Position numbers and translations under genes: made by a program. A DNA stretch of 64,000 nt from Daphnia carinata (taxonomy: Eukaryota). Under the pieces are notes generated by a model. That model was not told where the DNA came from. It saw only the letters and a list, made by a program, of their open reading frames with translations, and did no database searches. The stretch spans positions 9,424,001 to 9,488,000 of the forward strand of contig NC_081331.1 of NCBI RefSeq assembly GCF_022539665.2. The letters run 5' to 3'. Of the stretch, positions 1-11,740 are shown piece after piece. The stretch's first letter is position 1. Every line of letters begins with the position of its first letter.

Positions 1-3000
1 CAAAAAAAAAAAGGTTAGGGCCATCATCAAATGCACAAATTCCATTATATGTAGAATGGGGTGTCCCCCTATATTCCCCCCCCCCCCCTCCTTTTTAGCT
101 CGTGCTCGGTGCATTACTAGACAATCCGATGGAGGCAGCAGATGAAAGTTGAAAAGACAACCAGAGTCAGAATTTTTTTTTTTTTATTTCAGGGTCTTCA
201 GGCCATGGAGGGTGGCATCGGTGGGGGGGGGGGTGGGGGTGGGGGGGTGAATGAGTTTTTAATGTCGTCTCCACACGCGCGTGTCTATACACTGTGGATA
301 TAGCACTACGTTGAAATGCCGGCTGTCGTAGGCATTTTTAGTTATCGTCCATTAAGTAATTTATTAATTTTTTTTTTAAATGTCAATCGGAATGGGTGGG
401 TGGTTGGGGTGGAGGAGGGAAAAAAACGACATATTGACTAGGGTATTTTTTTTTTTAGTTAAGAGAAACGAAAAAGGTTTCATCCGTTTTTTTTTTTTCA
501 CGTGGAGGGAGATAGAAGAGGGGGAGTTTTGAAATAGATAAAAGAATACGATGTCTGATAGAAGGTGGAAGAGGGGAGGGGGTGATGGGAATAAAGTCAC
601 GCTGCCCCCTTCTATTTGATATAATTCTTTCTCTCTGCTGCAGCCATCTGATGGCCATGCACTGCAAGGGATGCTGTTGCAATAGCAGCTGTTGCTTTTA
701 TTTCTCTTCTCCGATGATGTAGTGCGGCTGCATGTGGGAGTAGTATGGATGAATTGCTCTACCCATCCCCCCTTCCCTTCCCTACCCTTATTATTTTTTT
801 TTTTCCCCCCATATTGCTGTTTCAACCAAGCCATCCACCGGTGCGTGCTTATACAGCTATACGTTGTGTTCACGGCAGCAGATCGGCCAGGCAGATTGTT
901 GTACAGTCCCCCAGATTCCGTTGGACGAAAAAACTTAGCACCTTGCCGCAACGGTCATTCCATCAGACGCGGGATGCAGGCTGCAGCTGGCAGCTGGGAA
1001 ATCATTAAGCAGAAGCCACTGTACGTAACACTGTACGCAGCCTCCCCCTTTTTATATATATACTGTATATATTTTTAATATTCGAAAATAGCAGTGGATG
1101 TCTATGCCTATGAATAAAAACCAACTCCCCCACTTTGTTGTACGGGATAAAAAAATAATGGGGAGGGGGGGATGCTGCAATTTGCTCAACGTCCGTTGAT
1201 GCTGGATAGCTTTGCAGTCTTTTTGTTTGTTTGCATTGGATGTTGATGGTTGGTGGGTGGAACAAAGGAAAACCGTTGCAAAACCAACCAACGGCATGCC
1301 GGTGTTAATTTGTGTTTTTGATTTTCAAACCGTTGCTCTGGCTGCCAGGTGATGAAATAAAACAGCAACAGCCTGCTAATCTCTTCAACCCTCGAAACAA
1401 GCGTGTTTCTAATCTATCTTTTAGATTAGTTCTTACTCGTTATTCCAACGGTTTTCAACAAGTCAGCCGTGTGATGATGACCTTTCGTTACGATCATCTT
1501 TAATGCAAACGATTGTTTCAAGGCTTTAGACAAATCATTAATCGCAGGAGGACTTAACATTTCCAATTCTAAAAAAGGATGCCTCAGGAGGTGATTCGAT
1601 TCGTCTTCGCAAGACAACAATAAAATTTAACAAATGTTTTATTTCAAAACTAATTCAGCCAATAGGTATAGAGAGTTGGGCGATCGCTTTATCGAGACCA
1701 AGACGCCAGTACCCGATTCGCTGGCGAGACTTCCAAGTCCGAAGATGCCGACGCCTCTTAAGAGGAACGATCCGCAAGAAACTGTGAAATGTTTAGAATA
1801 ACAACCAAATGCGGCAACCAATGGCCGACTGGCTTTTGGGGCTCCTTTCTCCTTAGAAGGAGGATTTTCTTTTTTTCTTTTCTAATTTACCCATACGGAA
1901 ACGTCTTTTTACTTATAGTAATAACAGTTCTAACAAAAGCCGAGTGTAGCGATGAAAGAACGTCCAATGCCCCTGTCGGATTTTTCCAACCCATGTTTTT
2001 ACCAGTTCCCCGCAACGAGCTCCTTGCGCCTTGTGAGACGGTAGGGCGCGCCGACGCTGTTCGCCGATTGGATGACGACGCAACTCGAACGGAAATCAAC
2101 TTGAATGGAGAAAATTGGTCGATGCGAGTCGTGCAAGATGCCGTAAGTTGGGGGGGGGGGGGGGGAGAAAAGCAAGCGCATAGCATCACAGTTCGTCTCT
2201 CTCTCTCTCTCTCTATCGGTGTTCTTGCCGCTCATTGGCGGAGACGAAAACATAATCACCTTCCGTCAGACGCATAGGCAAAGGGGAGGTTCTTTTACAT
2301 TCCCCCCTCTTCAAGAAATTCAAACATTCCCCTCCACTCGTCTCGGGCGTCGGGAAGGTGTCGATTTCGCGGATGACGTCTTCGTTTACAGATCAACAGA
2401 TTTTATGCATCGCGCAGTACAAGGGAATGATTCAAATAGTTTCACGTCGAATTGCTTTTCCCACCGGTTGGCAATTTCAAATACGGAGTCAAATGCAAAT
2501 TCTTTTTTTAGGCTTTATATGCTTTTACAGACGTAAAAATACTCGTGCGCAATGGTTTGATTGATTGATCGTGTACGCTATTTAATTTTGAATTAAAAAA
2601 AAAAAAAAAAAGAGGGGCAGCTGTTGCCATTGTAACCATATGCGCAGTTGTGCGCTGTGCATAGTTTGACGTACGCCCGATATGCTTGACGTGTTTAGCG
2701 CTATACATGGCGTTCGGCCAGAGCTCCTCTGATAGGGAATAAGAGGGCAATCTGCAGTCTCTATATATAACTCTATGTATGTGTGTATATGTTGTGCTGT
2801 TTAGAGGTCGAAATTATTCGAGGGGTTCGATGTGCACTGCTACTACACGATTTTTTTTTTTTCATTATTTTTCCTTCCTTTTTTTTTTTTGGAACGCTTT
2901 TGTGAGTACAGTGGTATGGGACTGAATGCCATGGTGTGTTGCTCTCTCTCTCTGTGATGGGTTGTGGAACATCTGAACGGTGTTCCATGGTGGCGGTATA

Positions 3001-5012
3001 TAGTACACGTCCCTCTATCGGGATAAGCCGGTTGGTTCTAGCGGGGGTTAATGCCTCATTCAAAGATATGGGGGGAGACGAAAAAGAAGAGAGAAAGAGA
3101 ACAGGGTGGATTGTTGTGCGGCTTTTGTCATGGCACTCGCCATCTATCCCCCCTCCCTCATTCATTCTCCCCCCTCTTCTCCGTCCTTTAGTCTATATAC
3201 CATCTCGTCTGTGTACCTCGCGCCTGTTCGACCGAACGAGGAAGATGAGGGCACGCGATCACCCAAACAAACGACAGGCCGACCCACACACACACAGAGA
3301 AAAAAAAAAAGGAGAGTAGGAGGAAGGGGCGATCGGGGACCGCTCGACGTCCCCCACATGACAGACTTCACATCTGCTCCTCTTCTACAGACAATGTGTT
3401 GTATTTCGATGGATAAAAAAAAAAAACGTAGAGGGGGGAGAGAGAAAGGAGGTGGACCTGACAGTAACGCAGTGTGTTGCTAGGCTGTCGGTATGAGAGT
3501 GCAGCGTCGGTGGGAGGTGGGTGGGGGGGGGTCTTGAAAGGGAATATTTGAACGCAAAGTTTTACCAGAAGGAAGGGAAATAGTATTGGAAGGGGGTGGG
3601 GGCGCATATAGTTGAATCACCGTATGCTTTTTTTTTGTGTGTTGTTGTTGTCATTCACCACCCCTCACCACCTTCACCTTTTGCTTCAGCTTGCAGTACA
3701 CCCCCTTGCCGTGGCTCGTGTCGTGCTATTATCTTACTAGTTTTTTTTTTTACTAGGTGGGGGGAAAATGAGTCAGCAGGCATTTTTTTTTTCGAAGTCA
3801 TGTTTTTTTGCATTTTTTCCCCCGTGTTGATGATGTGCTTCAATCAATGGAGTTGATGAAAAATGAAATTGGATTGAAAATTCAATGTGGAACAGCAAAA
3901 TAAATAATTGCAACCAAAATTGGGTAATTACCTTAAGCACCCGCATAATCGATTCTGTACAGACGTTATCTATAGTCCTGCGCTATGTATATGATAAACA
4001 GGCGAACAAATGGTGGCAGAACAATCGCTGCTGGTAATGCAATCGAAGTGTTTAGCTATGCAAAACGCTTTGCCGCGGTATTCTTTCCTTTTAAGTCAAA
4101 CTAAACGTAAAGTCCCCAAACCCATCGTTACAACTAGTATAAACAATAACGGAATTCCCATTCACCACCGAAGTTCGGATCGGGAGAAAAAAAAATAAAC
4201 AAAAAATCCCATGGTGCAATATATCGAAATCTGTGTGTGGAATGACGCCACCGGTCCCCTTTTATATTTGCCACCTTTATTATGTTGCCCTATCATCCCC
4301 CGATTGGGTTGCTAGGGTGTAGCTAAGGTTAGCACTTGCAGACGTGCGTTGCTAGATCGCACACGGGGACACATATGCTCGAATAAAAAAAGAAGGAGGA
4401 AGAAGAAGAAGAAGAAAAATGGAAGCCAGCGGGGATCGAGGATGGATGGCGGGGGTGTACGACGTCGACATCCCTCCTTTTCTATTGGATAGCCGAGCGG
4501 CGCCAATCAGCACAGTCCAACTAGTGACATGTGCACGTAAGAGACGCTGACATGGAAACGAACTATACAGACACACAGGCAGCTAGCGAAAGAGAGAGAG
4601 AAATTGGGGAGGGGGGAAGAGGGAGGTGGAAGGGAGTTGGCGTCGTCAGAAGTGGGTGGCGTAGGCTTGCACTGCTAAAAAGGGAGGAGAACGGAACGAC
4701 GTCGCAAACAAAAAAAAAAAAAAAGGTGGGCATCCCAGAGAGGACCGGCGTCTCTCTTTTCTATCGCCCCGCCCTTCACAGACTCCTTTTTCGCCCGCAG
4801 CAGCAGCATCGGGTTTCGACATTCGGTGGAGGTGGCGTCCGTCGTGTTTTTTTTTTTCTTGCAGGAGATAGAGGGGGAGGTTGGGGGGGGGTTGTTAATC
4901 AGGAAACGGGGGGGAAAGGAAACGACGTGCACACCTTGACATCGCGGCGCTCTTCCCCTGTTGGCATCAGCAAGCTCCATCGAGCTCAAAAAGGACAGCA
5001 GTTCGCTGGATG

Positions 5013-5795
5013 TCAGTCAGTCGACTCTCAGACGCTGTGGCGATCGCTTTTGCCAAAAGTTCTTCAACTTTAAATCTATTTTCATTGATTTTTATTTTTT
5101 TTTTCGAATCACGTAAGACAAATCGCAAATTCAAACCAAGCGCAAAGTGTTTTTTTTTTTTTTTTGGCCGTTCGTTTCGTCCCCGGGCGCAACCGCCTCG
5201 GACACTTAAAATGTGAATACAAATGTAAGTTAAATTTCCCTTTTATTTTTTTTGAAGTGCATGTCAGTCAAAAGATGTTTTTGTTGATTATCGAATGAAT
5301 GCCATAGAGATCTAGATTTAATTGCACGTTCAGTTTTAAAAAAACTTCTTAGCCACGAAATTTGATTGAAATATTTTTATTTTTCGGTAGGTGTTTGGTG
5401 TGTAGACGATAGAGTCAACTGCAAGTTCAATTTCCCCATTCAAAAAAACTTCTTCATTCATCATTCGTCGTTGCTTTCTTTGGCAGCGCTGTATTTTAAT
5501 TCACCCGCGAGTGACATCTCATCTAGTCATTGAAATCGTCAACTCTAGTCAACGTTTTTCCGTCAAATCTAAGTCACCATCTAGTCTCATCTACATAAAA
5601 CATCTAGTCAAACTTAGTCTACGTTCAATATTTCTAGTCGTCTTCAATTAGAATCCCCCCCTCCCATTCTAGTCATCATGTTTCAACACTGGACATCGTT
5701 CATCTAGTCATTTTCATGTCCCCCTCCCTTTTTTCAATTCTAGTCACTTAAGAATCTTATTCGCCAATTCCAGTGTTTAAATTGACCCGGTGTTC

Positions 5796-5831
<36 letters not shown>

Positions 5832-5904
5832 AATCACTAGTCATTTGTAGTCAGGCGTGGAAGGCCAATGCCACCGTAGAATTACAGCGTAGAGATTAGC
5901 GACC
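5013..5904 (+). promoter_or_regulatory. Putative nerfin 5' leader: Inr-like TCAGTC (5013/5017), intron 5225-5390, miR-279-type seed array, long A tract ~5797-5829
   Basis: GTAAGT donor at 5225, pyrimidine tract plus TAG ending 5390, and nine CTAGTC-core motifs between 5522 and 5843. Confidence 0.6.
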
Positions 5905-8342
5905 ATGCCCCGAGGATTCCTAGTCAAACGGAATGACGAGCTGTTCTCCGTCATTATCGGCGAAACTGCCATAGACGCTGCACAGAAAGACCAATACAAT
6001 GCGCACGATCAAGACGAAGCCGAAGACGCCAACGAGGAAGGAGAACAAGATGCCCTCGATTTAACACTGGCTTCTAGTCATAACCCAACGGCGGCTCACC
6101 TGGCCTTCGAGATCTCTAGTCAAGCTGCATCGCAACGTCATCCGCATGCAGCGCATCAGGACGGCCAACATCATCGTCAGTTGGTCGGTGGTGTAACCAG
6201 CAAAGAAAAGGAGCAATTACGTCGCCAGGGTCGGCTGATGAGCGCCAAAGTGTGGCGACCGGCCCTGCCCGACGCTTCGCCGTCGCCACCGCTGCCGCTT
6301 TCGGCCAATGCTTCCGGTAGGAGGCCTTCGGAAGCGACGGATGCGTTGCACGAATTAACGGAGAAGAATTCGGTTGCACCGTCGGTGAAGTTCGTCGACA
6401 AAGGTCGCGGCTACTGTGGAGATTCTTCGGCGTCGGTTCTCAAACATCAGTTGGCGACACCTGATGCGACTGTTTCCTGTTCACCTACTTCCGGAGGTGG
6501 CGATAGTCGACCGGAAGAAGCGGATCGGCTGCTAGAGCAACGACAGCAGTCGCCTGCAGCGGCCAGCAGGTCTTCCGTCCTGTGTCTGGAGGCGGCGCTT
6601 CGCTGGTACCAGCAGCGTTCGGTGCTGATGACGACGCTCAATGCCGCTGCGGCTGCCGCGGCCGCCGCAGCAGGAGCCACCGCTCCCGGTGAACATCTCG
6701 ACGCTCATCACCATCCTCTGTACCTACCCCTGGCCAATTTGCATCATCTTCACCAGCAACATCAGCAACAACAGCAGCAATCCGCTTATCCTTCGCCATT
6801 CCATCAGCATCAGGCGTCGTCGGGTGGTCTTCAATCAGCGCCATCTAGTGGCGGAATGGCCAACCACAACCAGCATCCACCCCAACCACCACATCACCAC
6901 CTGGCCGTTGCTCACCCTTCCCATCTGTACCCGCACTTGGCCTCGCTCCTCGTGCCCAGTATCATCACTCAGTGCCCTTCACCTGTCAGCCCGCTCATGC
7001 TCACTCCCAACCCGGAGCCGGAGCAGCTGGAACAAGCCGTCGTTCATCAGCAAACGGCGGCGTCAGTAGGTAGGCAGCCGTCATCGCCCGTCATCCATCA
7101 TCAGCGCCACCCTCAACAAGCGACACAACAACTGACCGAGAATGGTCTTTTGTTGGATCTCAGTTTTAAATCAACAGCTGGGACAGGGTCGACAACAGAC
7201 ACTCACCTATTATCACCTCTAGTCCGTCTGGCCAACAACCAACATGGTCGGACGAATATTTTCAACCAGCCACCGTCAGCAAGTCCGTCCACACTAGCGC
7301 CCAGCAGCCAATCTAAGCCGTCACGCACTCTTCCCATGAATCATTCGTCCACTTCGAAAAAACGATCAGCGGCCAGCAGCGGCCTTACCAGTAACGCGAA
7401 CGGCGAGGACGGACCATCTCCGCACCCGAGCAGCGCCAAAAAGCCGAAAGGGCCGAACGGGATCGCCAGCAAAAATCCACCAAAGCCGTGCGTCGATTGA
7501 CTTTCGACGACGAGCTTATCTCACCCGTTTCGGGCACGATTATCAGAGACGCGGCCGATATGCCGTCAATGGTCGGCGGTGAGGATGGCCTAGTAGTGCG
7601 TCCGGGCGATATCGATCCGGCTTTTAACATCGTAGAAGTGACCGAAGAGGCTCGAGCTGAGCTGGCCAAAATAGATAATCGCATTGGCGACTATCTTTGT
7701 CGCTTGTGTCGGGTCGTTTTCGACGACGCTTTCGGTTTGGCCCAGCACCGCTGCCCGCGTATCGTTCACGTCGAATACCGCTGTCCTGAATGCGATAAAG
7801 TATTCAATTGTCCGGCGAATTTGGCCTCGCATAGGCGTTGGCATAAACCTAGGCCAGCCAATGGCTCCGCTTCGGCCAAGGCCGCCAGCAAAGCTGGAAT
7901 GGCCTCTGGTGGCAACAACGGGATGAATAATAACAACCAGGAAAAACCTTCGCCCTCTTGGCCGGCAGGTGCGACCTCGTCTGCCGCCTCTTCAGCCGGC
8001 CATGGTTTCGTGACGACAGTTCGATCCGCTTTCCACCCGGCCGTCTTTTCCGGATCGTCGCTCTTGATGCCCAACTACAATTTCGGTTCGGGCGGGGTGG
8101 TCCAAGATTTTAGTCATTCGAATAAGTCGTCGTCGACGACGTCCTCACCTTCATCTTCTTCGTCATCATCATCGTCTTTATCGTCTTCGTCGGCCTCAGC
8201 TTACGACGGCTTTATGCATCATCACGTGTCCTCACCTTCACCCGTTTCTCCCGGCGCGGTTGTTATGACATCTAGCGGTACGGAGGAAAAAACACAAATC
8301 CATATCCCTCACATGACCCAGCTGCGAGCTGGGGCCACGTAA
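5905..8342 (+). CDS. nerfin-1: INSM/nerfin-family SNAG + C2H2 zinc-finger transcription factor; one apparent 1-nt frameshift at A-run 7471-7475
   Basis: N-terminal SNAG motif MPRGFLVKR. Second ORF has RRLTFDDE..SPVSGTII, IDPAFNIVEVTEEARAELAKIDNRIGDYLCRLC..H and YRCPECDKVFNCPANLASHRRWHKP, all INSM/nerfin hallmarks. Adding one A at 7471-7475 joins the ORFs (SKKSTKAVRRLTFDDE). Confidence 0.93.
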
Positions 8343-11300
8343 TTATCTGGTCACGCTTTTTTTTTATTATGCCTAGTCTTTTTTTTTCTTTTTTAATTCT
8401 TTTGATTTTCATTTAGTTTGATGTTTTGTCATTTTTTTTCGTACAAAACTCCACATTTGAATTACCTAAATGATATAGAAGTTTATCGCTTCAATACGTT
8501 TCGGATGAGTATTTACTCTAGTCACATTGTCACAGTCTCATCTCATGCAGGGCTAGTCATTAGTCATTCCACTTCAAATCTAATCAAGTCGCTCTAGTCG
8601 CTTTTGATTGAGACCTATTTTTTTTCCTTAATTGGTAGTTTTTAGTAGTGAGAACAATGAATTGTATTTTGATCGTGTTTTGTTCTACAACCTCCCTTCG
8701 GTGAACGTCGGGACATGGATGTAGACGTCAGGCCGACCGGTGGCAATTTTCAGTAAGCAAAAATCGGCAATCTAACCTCGATAATCGCTCGTTTCATGAG
8801 TTCTATTCAAATCGATTCCAAATCGCAGATGCTGTTCGTTGATAGTTCCATGCTCTCGTAAAAAGACATTTATTATTATATATTCCATGCTACATATAAC
8901 AGAGCCTTTATAGACATAATTATTTATTAGAGGAGAATTTAACAGACAAATGATTTGATCAGTAGATTATATTCGATGTGAAAATGAGGGTCAGTTTTAG
9001 TCAAACTAGTTCCACGCAGTCATCGTCGTGAATTATATTATTGCTTTTCGATTTGCTTATCGAAAACTCTTATTTGGTACGTCAAGCTTTAAGTATAAAA
9101 AAAGGGGGCTGGGTTTTCAGCTCTTGAATATTTCAGTCTTTCAACCAGTTTTGAGTTCCAGTCATATATTTCTAACTTTAATGTATTGCATTTTATATTC
9201 CTTGCGTTACGTTAACTGTTTAACAGAAAACAGTACGCTGTACCTGTGTTTCCAACCCATGATTTCCTTTTGCCATTCCCTTGTATTTGATTTTGCTTAT
9301 TTCCCTTTGAATTTCTGCAACGAGTTACACCTCGAGATATTCACTTTTCGGATTTCCACCAATTTCGGAGGCAACTCCGTCCCGGCGGATTTTGTGAGTG
9401 CCATCTAGTCATTAAGTGTAGTGAGTGCGGACATTATTCTCAACGTTGGATTACCTAGCTGAGTCAACTGTCTTTTTTTGGTTACATCCATGTTTTTCAT
9501 TCTGGGATTGCCTGACATTTTTAGTCGTTGTCAGGACATTTTTTTTTTTGTTTAAACTTTGAAATGACATTTTGAATAGTAAACGGGGCAAGGGGAGGGG
9601 TCAATAAAAGGGGAAAACAAGGTATAAAGCGCTTAGAAATTTACGGCCGTTGCCATGCAGGATTGAACTGATGGTTAGCGACATTCGGCAAAGGATCGTC
9701 TATTCATCTCTATTTTTCATTCAATTTGCATTCCCAGTTCGTCAACATGTTGTCCAAAATTGAAAGAATTCGGCTGGTCGCCACGTCTACAAGGATCTCA
9801 AGTCTGTCTTAGAATTTGTTTTAGTCATCCTCTATGTTGCCATCGCGAGAGTTGCTTTAATGTTTCCCATTCCCTATTGAGTGTCCATTTTCTCTTGATT
9901 GCGTCATTTTTTATTTGCATCATTGTCTCGTTTTTCTTAAGTCAAGCGTATGTATTAATAACTGTATGCACTTTGTAACGTTTATTTTCACTCTACATAC
10001 TATTCTGAAAAAAAAATGAAACCATTACACAAACAGGAAATATATATATTTGTATTCGTATTTTCAAAAAGAAAAAAACAAAAAAACAAAAACAAAAAAA
10101 GAACCCCCAACAAAAAGAACAAAGAAAAACAACACCGATGCATGGCTAACTGAAGAAAAGAAAATGAGCTGTAGCCAATCCCGAGACACACCTGAAATAT
10201 TTTGAGTGTCCTTTGATGCTGCTCCCAAGCAAAATCCTTTAGGATTGCATGTGTACAGATTGAACAGGTCACATATGTCCCCATTTTTTCCACGTGCCCA
10301 TTGTAATCCCATCTTTCGTAACAAATTTAGCTTTAGCGAGTGTTTTTTTTTATGTACACAAATAGCAGAAAAGATACAGTTACAGTTATACATAATAGAA
10401 CATAAAATTGTCATCCATTCCACCATACAATTTTTTTTTTTACTATTATTAAAAATTTTTTTTTTTAGACATTTGTAAGTTACTTAGATTTCTGGTTGTA
10501 TGATACAAATGTAAACTCTAAATTGAATACAATTCTCTAACCAATTTTTACTAGCGAGTTTTTCTTCTTTTTTAATCATTTTTGCATTTTACAATTTTTT
10601 AAATGTTTTTTTTTTTGTATCTATTTATTTAAATTTTTTAATTCTTTACCTTTTTTTTGGTGTGTGTGTTTGATTGCGAATTGCTGCAAGTTTTCGAAAG
10701 GCACATCATACGAATGTTAAATACCAACCACACGGTACCCAACGAAGATATTAAATGAAGCTAAATAGATATAGTCGCTTTTATGAGATGGATTGGCGGT
10801 ATTTGCAACAGATTCAAGCTGGATTGGGGGCAATACAAAAGTCTTAAACCGAAAATGAAGGAACCGTTAAAATAGAATAGAAAATACAGTCGATCCAAAG
10901 ACTTGCAAACCCTCGTCATCCAACAATGTTGATAACAATTATAAATTTAGATCTCATGCAAAATGAAAAATGAAAGTTACAGATAGTTGCCGAACAAGTC
11001 AGAAACCAGGGAACAACGGGAACTGGGTAGAAAAAGTCAAAGTAGATTCTTCGAAAAATCACAGCCCGAGCAATGACATCTGACGATCGGGCCGCGAGGC
11101 GGCAAGAACAATTTGAAAAAAGATCCCGCATACACAATAATATAAGGCAACACAGAGACGCAATTCACAAGAAAGAGTAAAATAACGAACCATATGCGAA
11201 ATGAAAACAGGGCCAGCATATAGTAAAGTGAAAAAAAAACAAAAAAACAAACAAAAAAGAAACATCTTGCACACTGCGCCACTTTCAAACGCTGCACGCA

Positions 11301-11740
11301 CGTCACGCCAAGGCCAAACGAAATCTGTGGCCTTTGACGTAGTTAAATTTCGTCGTAACGCTTGTATGCATCGTATATACTGTATATGTACATTTATGTT
11401 TTTTTTTTGTTTTTTTATTTAATTTTTTTGTTTTGTTTTGTTTTGTTTTTGTTTTTCATAAGCCAGTACGTATGCTAAGGGTATGAGGGATTTGCGTAAA
11501 AATTGGTGTAAAAAAAAATGAGAAACTTCCACATGCAGAATTGTGTTTTAACAAGACAAGGAGAATAAAAGAAGTGGAAAAGTAAAAATAACGAGTTGCG
11601 CTGGGACTCGTTTCTCTTTTACTATGCACTTTTACTGAAGCTAAACGGCTACGAACTTGTGCTGTTGCTCGCAATCGCTGGCTTGTTAGCAAGCTTGTTC
11701 CATTATAGGCAAAACAGCACTGCTCGCTCAGATTGTGAAT

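Noticed and set aside
1..5000. Many short ORFs and tandem CAGCTG E-boxes (984, 991) upstream of nerfin
   Set aside because: ORFs are artefacts of homopolymer-rich noncoding DNA; E-boxes are plausible enhancer sites but too short to support alone.
7465..7500. Programmed -1 frameshift in nerfin
   Set aside because: C-AAA-AAT is not a canonical slippery heptamer, and similar indels occur in other genes, so assembly error is more likely.
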